A stretch of DNA of 64,000 nucleotides from Octopus vulgaris (GCA_951406725.2 OX597834.1:14942001-15006000), one strand, 5' to 3'; positions 14,632 to 29,283 are shown, counted from the first letter of the stretch. Numbers and translations: made by a program. The notes: generated from the sequence alone by a model not told the origin.

Positions 14632-14651
14632 ACATATATGTGTACGAATAA

Positions 14652-14883
14652 GGCGGCGAGCTGGCAGAAACGTTAACACGCCGGGCGAAATGCGTAGCCG
14701 TATTTCGTCTGCCGTTACGTTCTGAGTTCAAATTCTGCTGAGGTCGACTTTGCCTTACATCCTTTCTGGGTCGATAAATAAAGTACTATTTTCGCACTGG
14801 GGTCTATGTACTCGACTTAATCCCTTTGTCTGTCCTTCTTTGTCCCCTCTATGTTTAGCCCCTTGTGGGTAGTAAAGAAATAC
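14652..14883 (+). mobile_element. SINE family C, full-length monomer
   Basis: ggcggcgagctggcagaaacgttaa head, B-box-like gagttcaaattc, and a 15-bp TSD atatgtgtacgaata at 14636-14650 and 14884-14898. Confidence 0.92.
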
Positions 14884-15062
14884 ATATGTGTACGAATACG
14901 AACACATGCACACACACATATATGTAGATAGATAGATAGATAGATGGTGTGAATAACATCTTTATTGAATTATTTAATAGAGGTTTTTCTCTAAATTATA
15001 TATATATTTCGTTTTTGGATTTGGTCTGCAAGATTCTTTATATGTGTTCGTGTGTTGAAGCA

Positions 15063-15333
15063 TATTCTGTTGTGTCTGGGAAGAGTTATTTTCTTTTTAT
15101 GCCTTATAATATAACACACACACCGTAAAAATTTCCACTTAAATCTTATTTTTATTTTTCTAAACTTTTTGTTGCGTCTTGCAACCTTTTCTATGGTCTT
15201 GACTATTGAAAAGGTAGCAAGATGCAACGAAAATTTTAGGAAAATAAAATTAAGAAATAAGTGGAAATTTTAACGGTGAGTGTGTTACATTATAAGGTAC
15301 AAAAAGAAAATGACTCTCCCCAGACAGAACAGA

Positions 15334-15336
<3 letters not shown>
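15063..15336. repeat. Long foldback with ~136-bp arms and a 2-nt centre; Penelope-like terminal palindrome
   Basis: 15063-15198 is an imperfect reverse complement of 15201-15336, with the axis at gtc-tt-gac. It abuts (TA)n. Confidence 0.85.
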
Positions 15337-15381
<45 letters not shown>

Positions 15382-15604
15382 TTATATATTTATATTTATA
15401 TATTTATATATTTATATATATTTTATATATATAATTAATAATAAAAGGGTAAAATTTAAAAATTAATTTATATTAAATTATAGAGATTCTTATAGTAGTA
15501 GAAAAGGAAATTTAACTCCTATTTTTATATTCGGTGTGCGGTGAAGCAATTTGCTGAACCCTAATTATAATTATGATAATTATAATAAAATATTTGTGTA
15601 TATA

Positions 15605-15793
15605 TACTGTTGTGTCTGGGGAGAGTCATTCTCTTTGAGGGCCTTATTATCTAAAACACTCACCGGTAAAATTTCCACTTATTTCATATTTTTATTTTCT
15701 AAAATTTTCGTTGCGTCTTGCAACCTTTTCAATAGTCTTGACTTGCAAGACGCAACGAAAATTTTAGGAAATAAAAATAAGAAATTAGTGGAA
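15605..15793. repeat. Second, partly deleted copy of the same foldback
   Basis: Same left arm and same axis (aatagtcttgact); the right arm carries a small deletion and is truncated. Confidence 0.8.
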
Positions 15794-16298
15794 CCACATG
15801 GGTAGTTGAAAACATGAACTCTAGTACAGAAGGCAATTAGTACCAGAATATATCGCAGTTGACAGATGTGTTCAGATGATTTCCATATATGGTATTGCTT
15901 TAAGGAAGCAACGACTGCAGAACAATGCAATATCAGACAAAGGAGCATTAGATAAATAGAACAGGGTAGAATAGAAATCAAGATTTATAAATAAAACTGT
16001 TGAAGAATACGAAAAACATAACTGTGAAAATAGGTTTAAGGAAGACATACGCTTACTAATATAAAGACATACACACACACACACACACATATATATATAT
16101 GTATATATATACGTATACACATACAGACACAATCTTACACAGAGAAACACATAGGTACACACAGATACACACACTTATATAGTTATATATATATGTATAT
16201 ATACATAAATATATATATAAATATATATGTACGTATATATATATGTATATATGTATATATACACACATATATATGCATATATACATATACAGATATGT

Positions 16299-16337
<39 letters not shown>

Positions 16338-16372
16338 GTATATGTATAAATATACATGTGCATGTATATATG

Positions 16373-16420
<48 letters not shown>

Positions 16421-16544
16421 CATACACATACATACACATACAATTTTTTTTGTCATCCCTTTTCATACATGTATAGAACATATTAATTGCGCACCTGTTA
16501 TCGGTGTGCACAGACATTGGGGGAATCAGGGACAAAGAAAAACG

Positions 16545-16758
<214 letters not shown>

Positions 16759-17309
16759 TCAGAAATTGCAGTGTCACGCTTATCGTTTCTATACACCTGT
16801 GAACGTTAACATAATTGTTTTACTGGTATCGATCTTTCGTGCTAGTTCCCAAGTACTCAAGCACACAGGTACTGGTTTAAAAAAAAAGAAAGTATTGCTC
16901 ATTTGAATATTCACGTTATCAACATCTTTAACGGAAATATATATATATTTTTTTTTTTATATATATTTCATAAAACATGCAAAATGTCAAGCGGAAGTTA
17001 CCTCTTACATATTCGAAGTATGTTTTTCTTTCGCACATTTCGTTTTCTACCTGCGATATGAATTGTGATTTTCTTATAGAAAAAAAATCAATAATGGAAT
17101 CGGTGATTATTTCTGGAGTCCATAACAGAAACGTATATCATAGGTCGGTGGAGTAGGATGAAAGTTCCTACGTAAAGCCTGCATCTCTATACGTGTTATG
17201 GCCATAAAAGGGAGAGTTTGAATACGTTGAAAAGGCATAGAATAAATAGAATTAGAGCTTTGACCGGACCGGATGTATGTGTGTGTTTGTGTACTTATAA
17301 TATTTCATT

Positions 17310-17625
17310 CTTTTATTCTTTTAACTGTTTCAGTCATTTGGGCACCATTTTAAGAGGTTTCAGGCGAAGTAATACACTCCAGGAATTATTCTACAGGTCT
17401 CTTTTACCGAACCGCTAAGTTACGGGGACATAAACACACCCGCATCAGTCGTCAGGAAATAGCGGGGGAAGAACAAATACAGACACACACATACACACAC
17501 ATAAACACACACACATACACACATAGATATATATATATATGTATATATAAGATGGTATTCTTTCCCTTTGTGTATATCAAATCCACTGACAAGGCTTTAG
17601 TTGTTCCCTGGGTCTATAGTAGAAG
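17310..17625 (-). mobile_element. SINE family B, degenerate
   Basis: tgtttcagtcatttg...ccgaaccgctaagttacggggacataaacacacc...(CA/TA)n...caaatccactgacaaggcttt. Confidence 0.75.
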
Positions 17626-17834
17626 TATATAAAATTATATAGTAAATATATATATATATATATAAGAAATTAGAAAAGGAAAATATGCACACTTACATAA
17701 TTTTCATATAATTTTTAATATATCGGCCGGTTTCGCTATCGCTATTCATGATATTATGTTTTACTTATTTGAATATATATATTTTTCCCTTAAGAAGGAA
17801 TTTGGTCCATGTTGTGTGTGATGAAATTCATATT

Positions 17835-17866
<32 letters not shown>

Positions 17867-18499
17867 GATGTATGTATGTATGTATGTATGTATGTATGGG
17901 GAGGTGTTGAAACACTTGCATGCGGGTATATTTACAGACTTTGTGCGTAATTGTGAGTGTGTATGAAAGATGGCTTGCGTTTATGCATGAGACAGAGAGT
18001 GGGGGGGCACAAAGAAATATAGAGATAGCCTGTACAATATCGTTGCATCTGTGATCGTTCTGTTGTTGTTTACGAACGTCCTTGAGCGCACACAGTTTTA
18101 AATTGAGAGTCGTATATTATCAGTAAGGCCCTTGAGCTTCACAATTCTAAACGAGATAGGCGAGAGATAATTAAACTGAAGAAGAGCAAAAATTGACGAC
18201 GAAAAAGAAAACCCACAAAATAGACTACTAACAGAAAAAGCAACAAGAACAAAAGCCATAATAATAATGATGATAATAGTAATAATAATAATGTAGGGCC
18301 TTTTTTTTCTTTAACAAACGGCCATAAATAAATGCGCCAGCAAAATAAATACAAATGAAGGAGGAAAAACAAGTCATTTATTTAAAAGAAGGAAGAAAAT
18401 ATAGTTAAAAACCCGGAGAACATTTTATGCAACGCTTTAAATGTGTTCCTTTACAGAGATACACATCAAATGTCTCTGCAAAATTATATGTGTTCATAC

Positions 18500-18547
<48 letters not shown>

Positions 18548-18562
18548 GTATATATTTATATG

Positions 18563-18611
<49 letters not shown>

Positions 18612-19961
18612 GGATATATATATATATATATTCATATATATATATATATATATATATACATTCATATATATATATATATATACATTCATATATATATATA
18701 TAGATATATATATATATATATATACATTCATATATATATATACATATATATATATGTATATATGATAATATATATATATATGTATATATATATACGTGTA
18801 TGTGTATCTATCTATCTCTCTCTCTCTTTATATATATATATAATGTATGTATATATATATGGATGTATGTGTATATATAACAATGTGTGTATGCATATAT
18901 GTATGTACGTACGTATGTATACACATATATATATATGTGTGTGTGTGTGTGTACTGGTTCTTTATGTTTTCGCATTTTTTTCTAAAGTCATTCCCCTCGT
19001 TCAATCAATGCGTTTAAAGTTCTAATTAATTGAATGAAATTAATTAACGATGGCTATCTTTCGTCTTTCTTTAAGTCAACAATTATTTTATTACGTGTAT
19101 GTTTTTTCTTGTTTTTTTCTTTTAGTATTTTTACTCCTTTTTATCCTTTTTGTCTTTTTTTCTCTCTCATCCCACATTTCAGCTTTTAATGTGACGGCAT
19201 GGTATTATCTTTGAGTTGGTTTCTTTTGTGTTTGTGGGTTGTTTTTTTTGGGGGGTTATCTTTTGTTTTTGTTTATATTTTTTTATTTTATCAAAAATGC
19301 TTTCAAGTTTTCTCCTTTCGTATTTTGGATATAGTTTGGTTAATGCGTATATGGGGGTAATTTTATGCATGCGTCTATGCCTGTGTCTTGTTGTGCGTTA
19401 ATGTGTGTGTCTCGATATGTGTTTGTGCCTGGGTTATTTTTATCTAGTTCTTCACGTGTATGCGTGTCTGTTTTTCTGTGTGTGTATATATATATGTGTG
19501 TGCGTGTATGTGTGAAAGAGATTGATAAAAAGATAGCGAGTGGTGGCAAGCATTGTTTCTCAGAGATAGTCTGGTATGTTGTATATGCATTTATGAATAT
19601 GCAGCTAGGAGAAAATGTAACGGAAATAAAGAGGGACGGAAGAAAAAGGCAAATAAGTGATTGAGAGATAGAGAGAGAGTAAGGGAGAAAAGGAGTGATA
19701 GAGAGAGATGCGGGGCACTGTCTTATAATGTCTGTCTGTAACCGTTCAATAATTGCCAAATGGATTAGTCGCATGGCTACATTTTTCATTTTGTTAGTTG
19801 AATGGTTGACCCGGTAACCGGTCGGATAGTCCGGAAAATGAGTTCTTGGTGAATCAAAAGCAATCAGCAAAATTTCAAGAAATTAGGACCGCTCTCATCA
19901 GCAGGAGGGCAGAATCAAAACAATAGTAAAAAAACTTTTTGCAAAAAGAAAAAAAAAATTT

Positions 19962-20190
19962 GCGCAGGAGTGGCTATCTGGTAAGTAAGCTTGCTTACCA
20001 ACCACATCGTTCCGGTTTCAGCCCCACTGCGTGGCACCTTGCGCAAGTGTCTTCTACTATAGCCTCGCGCCGACCAAAACCTTGTGAGTGGATTTGGTAG
20101 ACGGAAACTGAAAGAAACCCGTCGTATATGTGTATGCGGTGCTCCAGCATGACCACAGCCAAATGAGTGAAACAAGTAAAAGAGTAAAAG
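19962..20190 (+). mobile_element. SINE family B with an internal deletion
   Basis: Intact head to gaaactgaaagaaacccgtcgtat, joined directly to the gcggtgctccagcatg...gaaacaagtaaaagagtaaaagag tail. Confidence 0.9.
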
Positions 20191-20214
20191 AGCATATATA
20201 TATATATGCCATGA

Positions 20215-20395
20215 TATATCGTTAGCCATTACACATATTTTTTTTCTCTCCTTGTTTTCTTATTCCCTTCCCGTAGAAGAGCGTAGGCTCGAAACGTAAA
20301 AGGCTTTTTCTCTTCCTGAGCGTTATACTAATACATCTGTTTGTTTTGTACACCACCAGTCTTCGTCTTTTGTTTTTTTCGGTAAACTCTCCCTA
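20215..20395 (+). mobile_element. Penelope-like terminal remnant with a hammerhead-like core
   Basis: gtagaa-gagc-gtag-gctc-gaaacgt followed by ttcctgagcgt..tactaatac, as at 26724-26800. Flanked by (TA)n. Confidence 0.55.
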
Positions 20396-20546
20396 TATAT
20401 ATTTAGCCGAGGGATAAAAATCAATCAAAGGACATACCAAGAATGTCTACCTACTCTTATTAAATCTCTCAAAATACACTGATGAAAACTACAGAAACTA
20501 CGTTGGATAATAATAGAATTAATGACACCTTCGCAAATTAATTTTT

Positions 20547-20622
<76 letters not shown>

Positions 20623-20636
20623 TATATAAACATATA

Positions 20637-20668
<32 letters not shown>

Positions 20669-20840
20669 CAGTATAGTTTCATGTATGTATATTGATATGT
20701 GTGAATGTGGTTCCTTGTAGATCATTTATGAAAATATGTATGGACATCTTGAAATATGTACGTATGTACAAGTATTCTGCAGTGACCGTAGAGAAATGTA
20801 CAGACTTTGACGTGGCTTAATGGAGAATTGCACAGCAACA

Positions 20841-20876
<36 letters not shown>

Positions 20877-21017
20877 ACACACAAAACACACACACATACA
20901 CAAAATACACACAAAACACACACACATACACACACAAGAGAGAGATAATTAGATTGATAGGTAAACAGACTCAGAGTCTGTTGCATTCATACATATATAT
21001 ATATATATATACAACAT

Positions 21018-21093
<76 letters not shown>

Positions 21094-21569
21094 TTATGTA
21101 TGCATGCAGGCACATATGTATATGTGTGTGCTGCGCATATGTATACACATATATATATATGCAATTTCTGCACAAATATTGTACACAGATAGAGAGGTAG
21201 ATAGGTTGATAGGTAGATAGAGAGATACAGAGAAATAGATAGATAGAAAGAGAGAGAGAGATAAGGAGAGACAGAGAGAAGCGGACACACAGACAAATAG
21301 CCAACGCGTTAGAGAAACACATTCGTAGACCCAAACATATATACATACATATATACATAAATACATACATACATAAATACATACATACATACATACATAC
21401 CTAAATACATACATACATACATACATACATACATACATACATACATACATACATACATACATACAGGCATTGGAAGGACGTGATGATATCAGATAATGAG
21501 GCGTTCTTTACCATCTGTCTGTCTGATAATGCATGTGTGTGATTTTGTGTGTGCATCGGTGGATGTGTG

Positions 21570-21626
<57 letters not shown>

Positions 21627-21760
21627 GTTTGTGAATATTGGCTTAAAACAACATTATCTTGATCCTTGAAATCAGATCTGAAATCAGCCTGCAGGAAGTG
21701 AGAAAAGAAAAAATCCGCAAAGGCACTCGCATGCAGTTTATATACGTAATTATGTATGTA

Positions 21761-21837
<77 letters not shown>

Positions 21838-21916
21838 CATATATATATAAATATATATATCGTTCTCCTTGTGTGCATATATATCTACATCATAGTCTGT
21901 GCCATCATTCTCTCAC

Positions 21917-21966
<50 letters not shown>

Positions 21967-22046
21967 CACACACACTCACATATACATATATATAAAGAAC
22001 AATCCTGTTTGTGTCTCTAAGCGGTGTGTTTACTCATATTCATGCG

Positions 22047-22127
<81 letters not shown>

Positions 22128-22780
22128 TACATGTATACATACAGACTCACACACACATACGTAAGTGTGTGTCTTTGTATGCGTGTGTGTGTATGTGTAT
22201 CTGTGTGTGCGTTGGTGTGTAAAGTTTGGACATGCGCACAGATATCCAGATACACTTGTTGGTTATTTAGACGTTAAGTATGAAGTAACTTCTGGATAGT
22301 CGGTTATTGGGAAGGAGCAAAAAAGATCAAATCGAAAACAAATAACAAAAATAAAAGAGATCGATTAACTGAGATCAATATCGGGTAGAGCCAAAGGCAT
22401 CTTTACTGTCCGAGTAGCATTTTCTGTAATATCCATTTTCCTAATGCCATCGGCCGATAATGAAAACCTGTGATAACTATTGAATATTTTCGTATAAGAA
22501 AAGCAGTGGTTGTATTCAGGAGTGCTTCGTAGCTGTTAGGCCGTTGGACAGTAATTAAATATTTTCGATTACCTTGCCGAGTGTTGAATGTCCTTAAGGG
22601 ATTTTCTTTCCGTTCGTCCGTTTGCGTTGGTTTGTACGTTTTTAAGTCAGTTTGTTTGCTGTTAAGTCTGTTGTTCGTTTACTGTTGCCGTACACACGGG
22701 TGTTGTTATGTTTTGCACGTATATAACTATATATATATATACATACATATGCACACGTGTGTGTATATATATACCTACAG

Positions 22781-22848
<68 letters not shown>

Positions 22849-22864
22849 CATCATCATCATTATC

Positions 22865-22990
22865 ATTTAACGTCCGCTTTCCATGGTAGCATGGGTTGGA
22901 GGATTTGACTGAGGTCCGGCGAACCAGGCTCCAATATGATCTGGTAGAGTTTCTAAATGCTGGATGCCCTTCCTAACGCCAACCACTCCA
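22865..22990 (-). mobile_element. Fragment of a fourth SINE/RTE-associated retroelement 3' end with a (TGA)n tail
   Basis: The minus strand reads ggttggcgttaggaagggcatccagc...ccaacccatgctaccatggaaagcggacgttaaa-(tga)n. Confidence 0.6.
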
Positions 22991-23005
22991 AGGACCAGTT
23001 TGGTG

Positions 23006-23055
<50 letters not shown>

Positions 23056-23370
23056 ATATATATATGTATGCACGTATATATGAATACATAGGTGTGTGTG
23101 TGTGTGTGTGTCTATATACAAGTCTTCCTTGTTACTTCGTCGCAGCTGTATGGAGTATATAGAATACAAACTCGGTTTGTTGATTATTGTAGTTGCGGGG
23201 CTGTTAATCTTCACGATGGTATTGTCAAAGCAATTATCAGACGACTAATCGCATCATTTTATAACAGATCAGTGAGAAAATACAAATGAAAAAGTTACGT
23301 CGTCTGACTATAAAGGAAATATTATTTCTGAAAATTTCTGAATTATAAAACCGTAAAAGCTCTGAGTTGG

Positions 23371-23438
<68 letters not shown>

Positions 23439-23635
23439 GTATACATACATACATGCATGCATACATACATACATACACATATATATATATATATATAAAC
23501 ACATATATAAACACATATATACATACAGACAGACATTCACACAGACATACATACATTCATACATACAGGCATACGTACATATGTACATACATACGTACAT
23601 TCATACATACATACATACATACATACATACATACA

Positions 23636-23668
<33 letters not shown>

Positions 23669-23731
23669 TTATATAAGTGTATGTATATATTGGTATATAT
23701 AAATATCTACATACACACACACACACATATA

Positions 23732-23862
23732 CAGGGTGTCCCAAAAAAATGTATGCACATAATGGTTCGGCAAAAGAGAACGATAGAATAAGTACTAGGC
23801 TTACAAAGAATAACAAATTTACAATTATTTAAGGTGTGTATACATTTTTTGGGGACACCCTG
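23732..23862. mobile_element. Tc1/mariner-type MITE (131 bp)
   Basis: TIRs cagggtgtcccaaaaaaatgtatgcaca and tgtgtatacattttttggggacaccctg, flanked by TA on both sides. Confidence 0.85.
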
Positions 23863-24331
23863 TATATACATATGTATATACGTAAATAGCTATAGATATA
23901 TATTTGCGTTTGCCTGGGTGTGTAGACATACATGCAGATATTATAGGCACATACATAAAGATTGAACGATGGATAAGTTCCTCCCTCCGTGTTTCTAAGT
24001 ACAGAATAGTCGGAGATGTATAAAGATTGAACAATATGTCTATCATGGTGTGCGTATGCATTCGTTTCTATGCCTACGTTTACGAGATGTACACGGATTC
24101 ATATATGTAAATGCCCATACATATACCGACTCTCTCACACACACACTCACACAAACGCATTATTTTAATTCTTCTTCTGAGGAGGGAGATGGCTTCTAAC
24201 AAAGACACTAAGCCCCAACCGCTGGAATATAGATAACAAAAACAATGTCGTTTTAAACTTCAGAAAAGACTAGAATATTTTTACAGTATGGCAGGAACAC
24301 AAATTTTATCTGGATGTCTTTGTCTATATAT

Positions 24332-24375
<44 letters not shown>

Positions 24376-24412
24376 ATGTGTGTGTGTGTAAGTATGTATG
24401 TATGTTTGTATA

Positions 24413-24475
<63 letters not shown>

Positions 24476-24595
24476 TTATGTGTCTGTGTGTATGTATATA
24501 TATATATAAATATATATATATTTATGTGTCTGTATATACATATATATGTATATATATATATCATATATTCATATATACGTATATTCATATATACA

Positions 24596-24632
<37 letters not shown>

Positions 24633-24645
24633 GTATGTATATGTA

Positions 24646-24713
<68 letters not shown>

Positions 24714-25333
24714 CGTGTATACGTACGTATATCTCACTATCTATATGTATGTATATATATGTGTCTGTGTGTGTGTGTGTACATATACACACACGCACAC
24801 ACATATATACATATGCATATGAGTACCTATACGCGATAAGATGAGAACACAAAGATATATATATATATATGAATACCGAAATCTCAGGACTGTAAACACA
24901 GATATATAAGCACATCTATCAATCTTGATAACGCTGTGTCACAAGGTTGCCTCGACTACAGATCACATTTGTGTATAGGGTTTCATATTTTTCCTAGAGA
25001 GCTTGCATATAGAATAAAATTATATCTCATGTGAGATATATTATCGTATCGCATTTATACAAGAAAATCTTATCAGCAAGCATCCAGTTTGATTTTTCAA
25101 CGGGGGATTTATAGCATTATAATGTATAGTTTCTATAAAAGATTACAGCATTACTTTTTTAAAATAATCTTGATATTTTGAAATATATTTGGGAAACGTT
25201 AAACAAACGTTGAACATAGTGCTTCAAAATAGAATGAATAATCAATAGATAAATATATATTATACATATCAGTTTTTTCCTAAGAATTAAGCTGTTTGTT
25301 TATGATATATAAATATATATATATATGCTTTGT

Positions 25334-25737
25334 AGGAGTGGCTGTGTGGTAAGTAGCTTGCTAACCAACCACATGGGTCCGGGTTCAGTCCCACTGCCTG
25401 GCATCTTGGGCAAGTGTCTTCTGCTGTAGCCCCGGGCCGACCAATGACTTGTGAGTGGATTTGGTAGACGGAAACTGAAAGAAGCCTGTCGTATATATAT
25501 GTATATATATGTATATGTATGTGTGTGTTTGTGTGTCTGTGTTTGTCCCCCTAGCATCGCTTGACAACCGATGCTGGTGTGTTCACGTCCCCGTCACTTT
25601 AGCGGTTCGGCAAAAGAGACCGATAGAATAAGTACTGGGCTTACAAAGAATAAGTCCCAGGGTCGATTTGCTCGACTAAAGGCGGTCCTCCAGCATGGCC
25701 GCAGTCAAATGACTGAAACATGTAAAAGAGTAAAGAG
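25334..25737 (+). mobile_element. SINE family B, near full length (tRNA-like head, internal TA/TG microsatellite)
   Basis: aggagtggctgtgtggtaag A box, gggttcagtccc B box and gtaaaagag tail; high identity to 45731, 48025 and 52413 copies. Confidence 0.92.
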
Positions 25738-25749
25738 TATATATGTTTG

Positions 25750-26437
<688 letters not shown>

Positions 26438-26574
26438 AACTATTTTCGCATTCTTATTTCTAGCTCTGGCATTTTTTTTATGAATATGATGAATCTTTAT
26501 TAGAACTCATTCTTCCTCACTTTTTTGTAACTCTCAAAAAGTTTGAATTCTTCTATTTTGAACTTATTTTTTCG

Positions 26575-26639
<65 letters not shown>

Positions 26640-26641
<2 letters not shown>

Positions 26642-26860
26642 GGGAATATGTGACCTCGTGAGTACCACTGGCGATTTTTTTCCTCTGTCTTCCCTTCTCG
26701 GGATCTTTCCTTCTCCTATGTTTCCGACGGAGAGCTCCGCTCGAAACGTTAAACCCTCCTTCTTCCCTTCTTTCCTGAGCGTCCAATAATACTTTATTTG
26801 TTCCACGTCCTCGCGTTGTTGTGTTTTTTTTGGCTTTTGTGTTTTCTTGTTTGGATTAAC
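26640..26860 (+). mobile_element. Penelope-like terminal remnant with a minimal hammerhead-like motif
   Basis: ccgacgga-gagc-tcc-gctc-gaaacgtt at 26724-26750; bounded by (TA)n on both sides. Confidence 0.6.
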
Positions 26861-26865
26861 TATAT

Positions 26866-27093
26866 ATATAGTGGTCGTATACTGTCAACTCAATGTGACA
26901 GTCCCGTAAGGAAATTACCCCACCGCCATTTAGCCCTAGGAAACATCGACGTCTCCTGTCGGAGACAAATATAAGGACACAGAAAATGTGTCAAAGCCGA
27001 TAGGAGACGTCGATGTTTCCTAGGGCTAAATGACGGTGTGGTAATTCCCTTACGGGACTGTCACATTGAGTTGACAGTATACGACCACTATAT
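26866..27093. repeat. Near-perfect inverted repeat (~97-bp arms, 34-bp spacer); MITE/foldback-like
   Basis: 26866-26962 versus the reverse complement of 26997-27093 shows about 4 mismatches; ends lie in TA context. Confidence 0.9.
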
Positions 27094-27140
27094 CGCTCCA
27101 CCACCGCTTATGTCTCTCACAGACATTTAGAAATTCAATA

Positions 27141-27198
<58 letters not shown>

Positions 27199-27528
27199 GC
27201 GTAGAAGTGGTTGTACAGTTCCAAGTAATGCCGACATTTGCAATACATCTAGATCATATGGTATCTCTAAAGTTTTCACATGTTTTGTTTTCAGATTGGT
27301 CGGTATTCGATGACAACTTAATGTTCGACTCTCGTAGCGGACTCATATTAGCGATGCCAATTCTGAGGTCTCCATATTTATCAATCATTGTCTCATTCTT
27401 TCATAATAATATGTTGATCACCTGGCACTGTTTAAGCCGATTATTAGGCTGTCTTGTTTTCCCTCCTAAAAGTTACTATATCCGGCCTTCGGTGCTCTAA
27501 CAATTTTTTCTTCTTATTATTATTATTA

Positions 27529-27704
27529 TTGAATGAGAGAGCAGTGCATCCCATCAAAGTGACACTAGGGTACGAAGCCTAATACACCCATCATGACTAC
27601 CCGTCTGATAAGGGTACACAATGCAAATGCACCACAACCATATGTGCGTGACATGGTGATCTCATGTCAAGATAAACAGCGCATGGACTTGCAGGCGGTT
27701 CCCA
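27529..27704 (-). mobile_element. 5'-truncated copy of the 161-718 element, in (ATT)n
   Basis: Reverse complement of ~540-718 (catcatgactacccgtctgataagggtacac...caagataaacagcgcatg). Confidence 0.85.
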
Positions 27705-27766
27705 TTTATTATTATTATTATTATTATTTTTATCGTTATTATTATTATTAATCATTATTATTATTA

Positions 27767-27852
<86 letters not shown>

Positions 27853-27857
27853 TTTAT

Positions 27858-28524
27858 TCTATGTTTGACTTTACATTTGCAGAAGTTGGCTCAAAGTCTC
27901 ACCCAGAGACCTCAAGAGACAACAAGTTGGAAGATCATGTTGGTGTTATGCCTAGGGTGCCATATATTTGGTTTTGTACTTAGTGTTGTACTAGAGAATG
28001 TCTAAAAAACACATACGAAAATAATGTTTGTTTTAAAACTTGAGATTACATAGAAGGAATTTTGTGTAGTATATGTGCAGTTCCCGTGAGCACTATCTTT
28101 TGAATTTCTGCCATGTTCGGGTTTCCTGGTATCTGAGTTAGGTAGCAATCATTCCTAGGGCACCTATGACAACAGGTATTGTTTTAGTCTTTAGGTTTCA
28201 CATTTTGCTGATTTCTATTTCAAGATCTTTATATTTGCTCAGTTTTTGGTAGGTCTTGACAGATACGTTTATATCGATTGGGACAGTCATATCAATGAAG
28301 AGGCATGTTTTTTTGTCTGAAGTCTTTCAATATGATGTCTGGCCTATTTCGCATCTATCTTTCTGTCAGTTTGAATGGCAAAATTCCAGAGGAGTGCGAT
28401 GTGGTCATTTTCAAGCACTGGAGGTGGTTTGCGTTCCCACCATTTTTTATCACGGGGCAAGTTCAGGCATTTGCAAATTACCCAGTGAATATATTGTGCA
28501 GCTCTATCATGCCTGTTGAGATAT

Positions 28525-28525
<1 letters not shown>
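27858..28525 (-). pseudogene. 5'-truncated R4/Dong-clade LINE: RLE domain remnant (28046-28525) plus 3' UTR
   Basis: Minus-strand translation with frameshifts and a stop: YLNRHDRAAQYIHWVICKCL..WWERKPPPVLENDHIALLWNFAIQTDRKID/NRPDIILKDFRQKTCLFIDMTVPIDINVSVKTYQKLSKYKDLEIEISKM*NLKTKTIPVVIGALG/QKIVLTGTAHIL. This contains the PD..D..K RLE core. Flanked by (ATT)n on both sides. Confidence 0.9.
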
Positions 28526-28574
<49 letters not shown>

Positions 28575-29127
28575 ATCATCATCATCATCATTATCAAGAC
28601 GATGATGATGGTGTAAATATTTCTAAGAAATGGGATGAAACTAAAAAAATAACAAAATGGCGTCTAATCATTGTAAAGAGAATTGGTTGAGGAGTTTGTT
28701 ATTCTCAAGTAAGACCATATTGGATCGATGCGACGGGCTTCTCTTTTCAAAATGAACCGTTTGAACAATGAACCCTGAGCACAGACAAGAATTTCGCCAC
28801 TTAAGTACGTAGAGGTAACACCGGTAAGACGCTATCATTTGAACATGAATCTGTATCTATATATATACATGTATATATATGTATGTTTGTATCTATCTAA
28901 TATTTCGTCACATATATGCATATATGTATAAACACACACTCCTATATATATATATACACATATATACATCTATATATATGTGTGTCATGTGTGTGTGCAT
29001 ATGTATGTGTGTCATGTGTGTGTGCATATGTATGTGTATATATATATATATTTATATATGTGTATGTATATATGTGTATATACCTATGTATACACACATA
29101 TATACATGTATATATATATATATTTTG

Positions 29128-29187
<60 letters not shown>

Positions 29188-29283
29188 GTATGTGTGTGTG
29201 TGCATGAGTGTGTGTGTTCATACATAAATACATAACATGCAGAGTAACAAGCAGAAAGATGAAGATAGAGGAATATATATACG

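Noticed and set aside
19340-19870. 176-aa minus-strand ORF
   Set aside because: It has a non-ATG start, runs through GA/GT low-complexity sequence and shows no recognisable domain.
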